A DNA stretch of 64,000 bases from Octopus bimaculoides (taxonomy: Eukaryota), in NCBI RefSeq assembly GCF_001194135.2, contig NC_068984.1, forward strand, positions 54,616,889 to 54,680,888, written 5' to 3'. The notes beneath the pieces were generated by a model. It ran no database searches. It was not told the origin of the DNA and was given only the letters and a program-made list of their open reading frames with translations. The position numbers were made by a program, and so were the translations under genes. Below, piece after piece: positions 13,421 through 25,586 of this stretch; position 1 is the stretch's first letter, and each line of letters starts with the position of its first letter.

Positions 13421-13751
13421 TAAAGATCCAGGGAGGTACAGAGATATTGCCCCAACAAAAAGCCTTGGGAAGTTAAACAAAATTGGCAAGAAGATAGTAC
13501 TAGCAGCCAATTCGTTTATGATATTAGAGAGAATTATATTCAACTGAAATGCCTTGTGATTTATTTGAGCAACCCAGCCGTGTTTTTAATAACAAGCTAC
13601 AATAAATAAATAAATAAGTAAATAAATAAGTAAAAAGGCGTGCCACATCGTCAACAATTGCCTACATACTTGTTCCAGAAACGACATACACAATGAAACC
13701 AAAATAAATGTTTCTTAATCAGGACCAATAATTAGAAGGTTACTCAATACC

Positions 13752-13905
13752 TCCCGCAGTGCTCAAGTGGTACTTTAATTCAACAATCTTGGAAAGATGA
13801 AAAGTCAAGTTAAACTCAGTGAGATGAGAGATCGGAAATTGTCGAAATAAACACCTCAAGAATGGCCTCTGTCATGCTAACAGTTCTGCCACATCACCAC
13901 CTTGA
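13752..13905 (-). mobile_element. Old SINE family A remnant
   Basis: GTGGTACTTT...GAAAGATGAAAAGTCAAGTT...AACAGTTCTGCC...CACCACCTT is a degenerate match to family A. Confidence 0.55.
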
Positions 13906-16591
13906 CAATATAATCAAAATAATGAAAATGAAAGATCATCTGAATTCGCAAGTTCCACAAAAAATTAATTTTTCTCAAGTAATCGAAACCAAAAGTGTGA
14001 TCATATCTTGTCACAAGTTCTAAAATTATCCTCCTTTTTAGGAATATATTTCTGCATAATTTTTTCTCAAGATTTTAGTATACTGACCATTTATTTAACT
14101 GAATATAAAATATTTCCTATACATAAAACCAAACCATATTGTTAGTTACAACAACAAAAATAAGGAAAAATAAATTTTCTAAATTAAATTAAAGGAAATG
14201 ATAAATAAATACTTTCATTGCTATATAATGCTTGGCTGATGGCACGGTATATCGAAACCCGAAATATATCTAATGGATGAGTTTACGTAACAGATATTTA
14301 ATAAACTAAGTCTAATCCAGTGTGAAAATTAAGTCTATTATTTCTGCACCTCGCAGCGATATGATGTGATCAGAAATATTTGTTTCAAACTTCGCAGTTT
14401 TGCAGAAATATGTAGTTATCGTAATAGGAGAAACAACCTTTAGCTATCCTTTGAAGTTCAGAAAGCGTATACCGATTGTGACAATATCGTCTTTGATAAA
14501 TCGACACTTTATTTCACATAAACGAACTCATAATAGTGAGAAAAAAAATTGCTACGGGATTTCAGTGTTTAAAATAAAATATTTTAGCGATAGTAAAATC
14601 TACTTGCATAGAAATACTTAACTCTGCGCTCAAGAAACTTGAGGTAACTATAAGAACGACCATAGGCAAGGAATCATTTAGAAATTCAAATCATGTAGAA
14701 AGTTTAAGCTGTTTTATTCCTTATTAAGCAAAAACTTTCGTAGACATTCTATTGGTGTTTACCAATGTTTGCGTACTGTTGTCTAAAGTTGGACAAGGTT
14801 AGTTCGTGATGGAATTTCAATTCTCTGCTAAGTTATATCAGTTCAATCATAACAGTTTCACTCTTGGTCATTAATTATAAAACAGATTACATACACATTT
14901 TTGTTACTGATTTTTTTTCTTTAGAAAGTAAATGTTTTATGCCACCACCTAAGTAAGTACCAATTGAAACATGATTACCTATTTGAACGCTAAAATATTT
15001 GTTTTAAAAATCTGTGCCGCCCACAAATTAGATTTATAATTTGTAATATCTAGACGATATTTTCTATTTATTGAAATCCGTACAAGCAAGTGTTTCTTCG
15101 AAGCAAATGTAATATGTCACTTCTGGCGATGTTTTCTTTTTTGTCCATTTATTCTGTTGAAATAAGGTACATATTTAATTTCGTCCGAAATAGTTTCGTA
15201 ATTTAATAGATCCTATATAATTGAAAATATATTGCAGTAAATCCTGAAAGATTTAATATTGATAGTCATATATATCCGTTCTATAAGGGGACTGAGTTAT
15301 GTAACGTTTTAAGCTATCTGTTTTTCACAATAGCTATTTCTAATAACTAAGAATAAAGTGCAATATTTGTTGGGCGATTGTTTCTGATAATAGTTTCTGT
15401 TGTTGCTAAATATATAAAAAAAACTCAAGGAAAATTTTTGGGAATAGAATAATGTTGCTTAAATGAACTCGTGTACATATGTATTTTTTCTATTTGCTCT
15501 GGAAAGATGAAAGGAAAAGTTGAATTCGTTAGTATTAGAACGTAGAAAGCTGCAAATAATTTATTCCGTTGCTCTATTCTTTCAAGACCTCCACTAATTT
15601 TATCTCAGATAAACCTTTCTATATGGACATATAACGTCTAGAATTTTCTTTTGCTGACCGGATTAGAGAAAATTACACTTTCTTATTTGAAATTTACGCT
15701 TTAATTTCTTTATACTTAGGGATATGTTTTGGTATTATGCCAAAAAGAAAGACTGACACAGACAAAGTTAAATTAAAAAGAAAAAAAGTGCCAAAAGACC
15801 AAACCTTTTTTATGCTTACAAATGATATAATGATCAACTTATAGAGACGATAGTTAGCTGGCTAGTCAGAAGTTCTTTTTAAATCATTTGCACTGAGAGG
15901 TTTCCTGGCAAAAATGCAAGCCCTTCATGACACACTGTCCTTGCCTGTAATTTTTTGTTTAACCCATATCGAGCTTTTTTTGAGACTAAGTGTATAATCG
16001 GATTTCATGGATTGATGAAAAAGAAATCTATGAAAAGTGAAATAACTTCATAATTAAAGGCTTTATTAGCTTGAAGTGCTGCACATAAATTACCATAAAT
16101 TACCATAAATGTAATTCATGTCTCTGGTTTAATTTAGCGAAACTAACCTTTAGAAGTGCTCAAATTATTTCTTCCGTTGTTTTCAGGTGCGAAGACAAGA
16201 ATCTCCACGTTGTTTACATTACCAAGTTTAGACGTGTCATGTATTTAAAGCACATTACATGTGGACAGATTATTTCTTTATTAGGCATAAAGCCCTAAAT
16301 ACAGATGGGGACACCACAAGGACAGACAAAACCACAGTGGGGACAAAAAACATAAAACGAATGTAAATGAGATGAAAGTTATATAAAAATGAAAAAATGA
16401 AAATGGACGCATGGGCCCCACTTCCATGCAGTACCATTTGAACCATTATATGTATTATCTACAATTGTTCTTTTTTCCCTTTAATTTCATACTTTTTTTT
16501 TGTCTTTAGTAGAACTTCATCAATGGTTCGATATGTCTTAAATTCACCACTGGTGGCAACTCTCCAAATTTCACCTCCACTCCTGGCGGGT

Positions 16592-16608
16592 CAATGCTAT
16601 CTCCACAC
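16592..16608 (+). repeat. Left target-site duplication of element D
   Basis: CAATGCTATCTCCACAC, identical to 18249-18265. Confidence 0.93.
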
Positions 16609-18248
16609 ATAGGAGAGTGCTGATTAGATTAACGAAGAAGGTGTAAGTTTATTTTGTCTGTTGGTTTGCTTTGGTGAAGGATTGTTTTTTTTGTTGTATG
16701 CTGCTTTGCAGCGGTGTAGTTGTGCTTTCCCTCTTTGAGAGTTAGTATGGATAGTAAAAGTAAAAGGAATTCTTTTTACTCAGACCTTAGCGGGTCTGAG
16801 TTGTCATCATCCGAAGAAGAATTGCTAAGGACTGTTGAGGTTATGGATAAGGAGTTGAAAAGGAGGAGGTTCGGAGATGTCGCCCGAGATGACAAATGTG
16901 TTAATTGATATCTAGAAGTACAAGAATCTGAGTCGAGACGGTTACAACGTGCAAGTTTCTCGAAACGGCAAAAATGATGAAAGGTAGAACCATAATGTAT
17001 AAGAAGTACTCAAGAAAGGAAAAATAGACCACATGATGACGGAGCAGGCGGAGAAGGGGATGAGGCCAATCTGGCAAGAAATAACATATCTTGCCAGAGG
17101 GCCGAAATTAGGTGAAATAGAAGTAAGATTCATAAACGAGAACACGGCGAAGAAGCACGCGGCAATGCCATTAAAGGACGAAGAGTTAGTATTTCTATCC
17201 ACGTACCTGGGACAAAGAGCGTCTCGAGTAAGGGTAGAAGGAATTCCTCCAGAAATAGACGTAGCCTGGATAGCGGCTGCTGTATTGGCCGAGACTGACG
17301 GCAAAATAGTGGTGCTCAAGACAACTAAAACAAAAAGTGTAAATTGGAAGGACCAAGTTTTGAACATGATAGTGCAAGGTTCAAGTGAGACTATAGAAGA
17401 GATGGTAGAAACAGTGACTGTGGATGAAATTATAATGAATGTAAGGGTGGAGGGCAAAATACCGCGCTGTTTTAAATGTGGTCAGAATGGCCACATAAGA
17501 GCGAAATGCCCTCCACCAGATAAAAGAGTGGAGGAAGTGCAAGAAGAAAGCAGTAAGGAGAAGACACAAGAGACGCCTCTGGAAGAACAGCAGGAGGAAG
17601 AATTGGTTCCAGAAAAAGAGGAAGAGTGGGAAAAGAGAAGGAAGAGGAAAAAGGCAAGTCCAATACACACAAAACTTCACGCAACAACTACCTAAGGCCC
17701 ACCCATACCCTATCTGTCCCATCCTCGCCCTGCAGACACTAAGCCTTCCCATTCCCCACGATCACAAAAACAAAAGAAAAGAGTACATTCAGACAATGCT
17801 TCAAAAATTCCCCTCCCCCCAGTGGATGTTTTGCGTGTATAATTCATGACGATGACCTGTTTGTAAAGGCTATTGAATGGGAGAACACATTGCATGTTGG
17901 TGTGGTGCTATTATTAACGACACAGCAAAAGATGTAAGTAGAGAGACACAATGTGAATTATGAAATATGGAAGGTTGATTTCGATAAGGAGAAAATACCA
18001 CAGTTTATTGAGTCTGAAGAATTGAAAGAGAGATTTGGGTTGGACATAATGGGGTATACAGAAAAGGAAGCAAGTGATGTTACTTGATGGGGCGGGTTAC
18101 ACCATTTTCATCATTACATTTTTTCCATCTTTCATGGTATCATACGTTTTTATTTATTTTATATTTTATTTTAATTGTACATTTTTTATGTCCCCAATGT
18201 AATTGTATGTCCCACTTTGTCGGCCCCCTCGTGGGTAATAAAGAATTA
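16609..18248 (+). mobile_element. Complete 1640-bp ORF1-only (Gag-like) non-LTR retroelement, copy D, with 17-bp TSD
   Basis: Flanked by CAATGCTATCTCCACAC at 16592-16608 and 18249-18265. About 140-bp 5'UTR, decayed ORF from ATG 16747 to TGA 18085-18087, about 160-bp 3'UTR ending CCCCCTCGTGGGTAATAAAGAATTA. No EN or RT motifs. Confidence 0.88.
17033..17695 (+). pseudogene. Gag/ORF1p-like protein core with CX2CX4HX4C zinc knuckle (element D)
   Basis: 220-aa open stretch: RRM-like RASRVRVEGIPPEID, knuckle CFKCGQNGHIRAKC, E-rich linker and basic KRRKRKK. Upstream part 16747-16908 and downstream part to 18087 are separated by stops and frameshifts. Confidence 0.85.
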
Positions 18249-18265
18249 CAATGCTATCTCCACAC
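18249..18265 (+). repeat. Right target-site duplication of element D
   Basis: CAATGCTATCTCCACAC, immediately after the AATAAAGAATTA 3' end. Confidence 0.93.
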
Positions 18266-18530
18266 CTGTCTTTCAACTTTCTGTAGTTTTCCTCCTCAAT
18301 CAATATTGCCTTCATATCCTCTGCATATATGTATGAAGGCACCTTCACTCTTACTATTGAATGAAACTTATTTTTTTTCTGTTTCTACATTCTTTGGGTA
18401 CGTCACATAATACCACACTCCATCTCCTCCTCGTATCTTCTTTCCTTTCTCTCGGACTTTTTGTTGTCTCTTTTCTTCCTCCATAAATAGTCTCTCCATC
18501 TCACCTTCCTACAGTTGGATTTCCGACGTT

Positions 18531-18738
18531 ACCAATGCAAAAGTAGGGGACACATGCAAGCAAAGTGTCCCCTAAGAGAGGCGAGCGAGGATGCAGCGGT
18601 GGAAGAAAATAAAAACGAAGAGACAACAGATAAAAAAAGAGCGAGGGTGGAGTCGCCACCCAAAAGTCAAAAAAAAAAAAGGAAGAAAAGACAACAGCAA
18701 GTGGAAGTACAGAGATTCGAACGCAGGAAGCGGAGCCA

Positions 18739-18773
<35 letters not shown>

Positions 18774-19134
18774 AAAAGGGCGAAAGTGGATGAGGAGAGT
18801 GGAAGAGAGGATAGCGTATGTAAGGAGGACAGAACGAACTAAGGGACGACACTTGGAAAAGTTAATTTTCTATTATATGGTCATTGAAATTGAGAAAAAA
18901 TTAACGAAAATGAAAGGGATAGTAAGAATAAAGTTGGAGCAACATATGTTTGAACAAGATGATAGAGCGTTATTGGTGGATGTAGAGAAGATAGAAAGAC
19001 TAACGGAGTTGTTTGAAAACAAGATTCCTAAAAGTAAACTATATGTTCGGAACGAAAATCTACCCAAGGTAATAGGTGTAGAGGAACTTATGGAACGTAT
19101 AACGCACGAATGTAATCGATCACTAACTGTATAA
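18531..19134 (+). mobile_element. ORF1-family retroelement copy B (5'-truncated, 3'UTR missing)
   Basis: Begins inside the knuckle (YQCKSRGHMQAKC), then a K/E-rich linker, (GA)n, and a C-terminal domain IVRIKLEQHMFEQDDRALL...LPKVIGVEELMER homologous to copy C. Confidence 0.78.
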
Positions 19135-19985
19135 AGAAAACTGTAAAATGGAACTACGAGCTTTAGGGGGCTCGTAAGCCATTTCATCCTTTCATTAAAA
19201 TATTCCATCACATATTCCTCATTCGTTACATGTACCCCACGTTTTGTGTTGTCTGTCCTTGAAATGTCCATTCTATATTGGACTTTATGCCCAAATAAAG
19301 ATAGTAGTTGGGTTTCCGACTCTTTCTCCAATGGAACAACTGGTATCTTTACTGGTAACTCCACTTTCTTTTTCCTTCCTACTACCCACCTTCACAGTTT
19401 CTTTTCTCACCCCTTCTCTCTTCTTTTTCTGTTTCTCTGGTGGAAAACTCATTTCTCCGCTCCTTTTCTTTTTAACCATAGTGAATCCCTTCGTTTCTTT
19501 TTCTGTTGCCTTGTCCTGTACTACCTGGTCCACACTCTCCTGCCTCTTCTCCTGTTCTGTTTGTGGCTTTCTTTGGGTGCACCATGCCGCCCTGTGGCCC
19601 CTTTCTCCACATGTGAAACACACTGGCGGCCTCCCCTCCATTGTAACTCTCAGTCTCGCATCTTCTGGCAGCACAATCTCATTCACCAGACTGTTCAAGT
19701 CCTCTGTTGTTGCCTGAATTGTTAATTCGATACCATATCCCCAGTGATCTACCTTCTGAGTCCTTGTAGCCTTCAGAATCTTCCCGTCTTTCATATTATA
19801 TATTATGGCTGTCATCAGACATTCTTCTTTCAATTCGGGTGGCACCTTACCCACTCGCACATTGGCCACACGTTTGCTGCAGTACGAAGGCAAGAGCACC
19901 CATTCCTCTGTCCTTATTGCCTCTGTGGAGTGTTTTATTGTAATAAGATTACTGTTACTTGGTTCCCTCCTATTCACTTACAGTA
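19135..19985 (-). mobile_element. ORF1-family retroelement copy A (5'-truncated), 230-aa Gag-like ORF 19285-19977
   Basis: AIRTEEWVLLPSYCSKRVANVRVGKVPPEL aligns with D's PLKDEELVFLSTYLGQRASRVRVEGIPPEI; knuckle CFTCGERGHRAAWC; basic KKQKKKR. Confidence 0.85.
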
Positions 19986-22563
19986 GCTACTCAGTATATT
20001 TGTAGAGAACGACTAAATCAATAAAATATCACAATAAAAATCAGCATGCTAAAATATAAATTTGATGAATCATTACATGTACTTAATGCATTCTGCGAGA
20101 ATTCATTATATTGGAATTAAATCTTTAAAATCTAATATGAGCGTCATGGAAAATGTACTATATTAGATGCATAGTAACTTAGACTATATAGTTTACAGAC
20201 TAAAGTATGTAGTCCATCTTATTACGAGAAACTCCTCAAAGATATAAATTTAAAATCTTGTCCTACTCTGATGAAGGTATGATGTGTTGACGGAGAAAAT
20301 TGACTAAAAGGTTTAAAGATATATGTATGAGAGTCATAATAAGTGAAAGAATGGCAATCCTTAATACAAGATCTAGTTTCTGTATCATTAAGCAGATGTT
20401 AGACACTTTTGCAACTGAATACAGTATTAGAACCATACCGACTTACACCTTCAATGTCGGTGCATTTTGACAAAAGTTTAAGAAGTTCGATTCACAACTA
20501 CGAGATGTCCGGTTCGATCTCACTATGTAGCATTTTGGGTAAATACAATTTTCTGCACCTTCAGGTTGACTCATACCTTGAAATTAGATTGACGGAAACT
20601 GCATAGGGACCTACAATTCAAAAGGTACAACCTTGTTAAATACTGTGTCAGGCTGATTCTACCAATGAATTACATTGAGGATTCCCGTATCTGTATAATG
20701 TTTAATCATTTACGTGTTAATTTAGGAGCATGTAATTCAGTTGATTGAACAATTTAATCTTTGTCGAACGACAGAGATCCTTCACCTCCACAGCTTCAAC
20801 GGAAAGGACCACTGAAAGGTAAATGTCTTGGCAATGGAGAAAAAGCAGGAAATGAACTGCTGACCTTTAAACTGGCTGTCTCTCTCAAGTAAATTAAATG
20901 TTAAATGCTGGGCTATAAACAAGAAAAAAAAATTAAATTCTCTGCAAGTGTAAAGGCATTTTGTTGTTATAAATTATTGCAAATGTTATTATATTAAAAT
21001 TACTGTATATTCTGTTACTCTGTTCCTACTTGTATATAAATCCATTTTTTTCTGTTAACAAATTATACAAGTCAATTCTTCATAGATTAAGCAATTGGAA
21101 TATTGTTTGGGTTTGCTCACGATAAAATAAAAATAGTTTTGGTAATAATAATTTTTATACTTTTTTTGTAATAATTTACAAAATTTATTAATTTACTTTA
21201 GTAGCTGTATATTTTTACATGTGATATATTTGTCACGTTTTGAAAAGATAACAATACATAATAATAAATGTAGCACTTATAAAATCTAATGTCAATTTTA
21301 CATTGTTTGATATTTGCCGTAAAGATGAAACTGGTTTCACAAGAGATTCTTAAATGTTTCCAATTATCTTTTTATTGCATATTGTTTATTATTAATAATT
21401 TCAAAATTATCCTGGAGACTGAAGCAAAGGCAACAATATCTGTTATGTATTTCACCTGTTATACAAAATTTAATAAACTGGATTCATTTGTAAATAGAAA
21501 ACTGATGTTGGTATAATTATCACAAAAACAGATTGGCCAAAAGCAGCTGGGTGAGTACAAATATAAAATTAATATTTCATTTAATAACTGCTATAACCAT
21601 TGAATGAGCTTTAGGTAGGATGGCAGCGGTTAACCAAATGCAATTAATCTTCACATATGATTAAATTTATGCTTCTTTCATGACACTCTGCTAGATGGAA
21701 ATATTCACCCCTAACAAAAGTTCAAATATTGGATTAGTATTGAAATACTAAAATATTTCATGCATGAAGATGGTATCTTACGTAATTGTTCAACCAGGAA
21801 GAAATAGAGGTAAAATTTCAACTCCAACCCTCCCTATCTGTCTTAGAAAAAAAACACGTTTGAGAATGACCAGATGGAATAACTTTTAACATAAATATGC
21901 TCGATTAGAGCTGACCCAAAGTTAAGCAACAACAATAACAATGTATGTGCAAGAATAAGAATATTAGTTTATATTTTGTGTTCAACAAGTATGTAAATAA
22001 TGGTTTCTTAGGCTGACAGGAGACCTGGGAAGGGTTTAGACGATTACATCGCTCCGGCACTTGACTTTTACTTTGTTATCGACTTCAGAAGTAAGGTGTG
22101 TAAGACTGCCACATGATGGTCTCTAATATAGGCACAAAGCCTGAGATTGAAAGTGAGGAATTATTCGATACCATTGACTCCAGTTATTGATTTTAATTTA
22201 TGTGATCGAGTCCAGGAGAATGGATGTCAAAATTGACCTCAGCTTGTTTGACATGAAAAAAGTAGATATTGCAAGCTAGTTTATCTGACACTTATTTTCC
22301 CAATCCACCGTGTATCTCTCCTTCTAATATTAGTTTCTAACACAGTCAAAGGACCATGTATTTTTAGAAGGATGTAGTAGTGGATAAAAATCTAGATCAG
22401 TATTTGACTGCTATTGTATTGTATCGATCCCTGAAGTGACGAAAGACAAAGTTGACCCTAGCTGAAATTAGATTTGGAAGTAAAGGCCGTAACTAAATAC
22501 CATAAGGCATCTCCGATGTACTAATGATGCTACCAACCCACCACTCCTTTCCAGTATTAAAAC

Positions 22564-22740
22564 TGATTTCAAATTTTGGCACAAGGCCAGCAGTTTCGTG
22601 GGGTGGGGGTGGGGGGTAGTAAGTCGATTATATCGACTTCCATTAATCAACTGATACTCATTTTATCAATCCCGAAGGATGAAAGGCAAACCTCGACCTC
22701 AAAATATAAAGACAGACGAAATGCCGCAAGTATTTTGCCT
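22564..22740 (-). mobile_element. SINE family A (partially deleted); older remnants at about 22000-22470
   Basis: TGATTTCAAATTTTGGCACAAGGCC tail, GGATGAAAGGCAAAC centre and AGACAGACGAAATGCCGC head part. Confidence 0.8.
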
Positions 22741-24574
22741 TTCCAGTAGTTAACAACTGGAGTCAAGTATCTGTTCTTTCTATAACCGAAATATTACATC
22801 TAATTCTCCTAAATAATAAAACTAAATAACCTTCAAAAGGGTATATATTATTTCTACTGGGGCAATGGAAGTGATGCCATCTAAGTATAGCAGCAGAACC
22901 TCTCGAAATCAAACTCTATTGTGTTTTTAACAACTACTAGAAAGCGATTTAAAAAACTTGAGTCTCAAATTATACCCGAAAAAGAACAGATTGGGATGCT
23001 TTTGATCATTAGTTTGTTCGATGAAAAGCGACAAAATATCAACAGCTTCAATAACATTGTTACTTCTATGAAGAAACCACGCACAGATCCTATACTAAAC
23101 GATTTAAGACTCGATAAAAAGCACTTCAAACCAACCGTCCGAAGGAGTAATATGTGTTGATATTTTTCACAATGAACTGTATTTTTCCAAATCTTTGTAC
23201 CTTAGAATTGACTATTAATGATTGGTGTTCTATGAATTTCGAACCATAATTTATTTCACTTAATATTTCAACTACATCTGTAACTTGCTGTGAGGCAGAA
23301 ACTACAGTTGCTAGCTGCATCATTCCTCTACATGAAATATTCTTAGGTTTTCATAATTTTCATTAACTGCATCTCCTAATACGAAGACTTCAGAATTTTA
23401 TGGATTTTGAGGAAGTAATTAGCATTTAATTTTACACTAAAATATTTTAAGTTTAAACAATGAATTATTCATCAAACTTCAAAAGTCATATTCTGCTCGA
23501 ACATGTTACTAAACGCTTGCAATGGATTTGGTATCGAAGCCGAAGTAACGATAGTGCGATATTTTATTCACTCGAATCATAGTAAACCAGATCGCAGTAG
23601 TGATTTCAAGTTTTCATCAACTTTCATTAATTACATCAACTAAATGTTAATGGTTTATAATTTTTAATAGAAATAGAATTACAGTAAAAAAATTTCTAAG
23701 TGGTTCATAAAGAAGTAGATAAGGATCGTTTCAATGGAAACCTCTAAAAAAGTTCCACATCCTCGAAGAGATAATTTAGGCTATATCTTAGCTCTTGTTT
23801 TCTTGCATTATGCTGATGGTATACATAGCAAATTCACATATTTATTGCACCAGTTCTTTTAATAACTAACATTCTTAAAATAACTTCTTGCTTTCCCTGG
23901 CTGTTGAATCAATAGTGGCATTAAAAAAATTCTCAGTAAAACGATTGAAAAAGTCTTTGATGTGAAAACCTCGGTCAGTAATCTAATAATGATCCGAGTG
24001 TATTTATTTCACTGCAAACAGTTAACGGGGTTCTCTTAATTTAAGCTGCTTTTGTTGATCTTTGAGAATTAAACAAACTAAGTAGTTCCAATACCAGAGA
24101 ATAAGTTTTCGGTGCATCAAATGGATATTGATGAAAAGATAATTCATTATTGTACAAATATCATCATCGTAAGTATCTTTACTAACATGAAAATAAACAG
24201 TGTCCGTTGATAAAAAATTCCACGGTTAAGGGTTTCGAAAATAACATTTATCAGTCAATTAATTATAGTAACTAGAAAGAACAGAGATGCTCACCAAAAG
24301 TATTGCGGACTCGTGAACTGAGTATTACAGAAAACATGGACTATAGACATGAAATTAAGTTGAACGAATGTCTGAATAGCTTCATAGAAACATCGTGTCA
24401 ATATTCTGTCGGTTTCTACGATGAGTACATCTGATGTTCAATTGAACTAATTTTATCATATCAGCATGATGCTATAAACAGGTTCTTTCAAAAACAGATA
24501 GGGTACATCCAGGTGAATTCTGCGCAGTTTTCGTCTTTCCGATTTCATTCATCTATATTGGATCAACCCGATAA

Positions 24575-24650
24575 AAGGTATTTGCCAAGATGTCACGTAG
24601 TGGGATTGAACCAGAGATCACGTTATTGTGGCGCTAACTTCTTGCCAGCT
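24575..24650 (-). mobile_element. SINE family B head remnant
   Basis: TTTGCCAAGATGTCACGTAGTGGGATTGAACC is the reverse complement of the family-B B-box/CORE region. Confidence 0.6.
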
Positions 24651-24676
24651 TGACTATTCTTGCTACACTGTAACTA

Positions 24677-24717
<41 letters not shown>

Positions 24718-24879
24718 GTCTATCAATCTATCTTTCTGTCTATCAATCTATATGCATATGTGTGTTTGTTACAAATTCCAACAGTGTGTTAAATATAAAT
24801 GTAAGCATTCTTTCTACATCACTGATGTGCAAGAAAAGGGGAGGGAGTCTTTTGACGGGCTGTTTCATGTTATTTTGTT

Positions 24880-25290
24880 GACTGCTGCTCAGAGAATACG
24901 CATCTAGCTTCTGTCCTCAATCAGCAGATCGGCTGCTTGTAAAGCAGTTAGGAATTAGGCGTGTATCATGGTTGATAGCCTAATAGTGAAACCGTCTATT
25001 AACACATTCCCTACCTCTTTTCTGCGCATAAGTAGTATAAAAAGAATATGTTTGCATTCTAATTTAACCCTCTGTGAGGTTTTGTTATATTTGAATTTAG
25101 GTTCTGATTTACGCTATACAGATATTCTTCAATTAATGACGAACTGTCAAATGCTCCATTATGCAAACTATGGAGTCCACCAAGATGCTAACCTAATTCA
25201 TAATTCATGGCTGCTCTATAAGGAGCTGATCTATGGTATTAATTTGGGAAAGAAACCAGGTATATTCTCGAAGGAACTGTAAACAAACAA
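24880..25290 (+). mobile_element. Decayed RTE-type LINE C-terminal fragment
   Basis: NLTL...LLY.NLGSD..Y and LLYKELIYG loosely match the RTE/BovB LLYGSETW and LLYGEL motifs. Confidence 0.35.
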
Positions 25291-25419
25291 TGAAATAATC
25301 TGTCAGGAGACCCCCCCCCTCTCTGTTTTCTTCCGCACATTACTTGTGTAGAAAGACTGCGTTTACATTCTTTTTTATCACACAGTGTGGCTTCATGATA
25401 TTTAGATTTACCCTGTTAT

Positions 25420-25483
<64 letters not shown>

Positions 25484-25487
25484 GAAC

Positions 25488-25496
<9 letters not shown>

Positions 25497-25582
<86 letters not shown>
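25497..25582. repeat. (TA)n microsatellite within a compound (CA)n-(TA)n-(GA)n tract
   Basis: Directly visible at 25421-25618. Confidence 0.97.

Positions 25583-25586
<4 letters not shown>

Larger units (their letters stand above)
16270..18530 (-). mobile_element. ORF1-family retroelement copy C (3' part), interrupted by copy D
   Basis: Removing 16609-18265 gives the minus-strand frame IVRVKVPSYIYAEDMKAILIEEENYRKLKDRCGDSI|DPPGVEVKFGELPPVVNLRHIEPLMKFY* (stop 16506-16508), then a T-rich UTR ending ...TGTCCCC...AATAAAGAAATAA at 16270. Confidence 0.8.

Noticed and set aside
17690-19364. Programmed ribosomal frameshift between the knuckle region and the C-terminal domain of the ORF1-only elements
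   Set aside because: Frame offsets disagree (-1 in D and B, +1 in A) and the D and B shifts fall in a C-run and a (GA)n run; random decay suffices.
16253-20080. CATTACATGT at 16253-16262 and 20071-20080 as a TSD for the whole cluster
   Set aside because: Only 10 bp, AT-rich, and not abutting either element end.
22598-22616. G-quadruplex as a regulatory element
   Set aside because: It lies in the variable G-rich linker of a SINE-A copy; no evidence of function.
22830-24400. Possible decayed DNA transposon or Penelope body
   Set aside because: No diagnostic motif or terminal repeat could be read on either strand.
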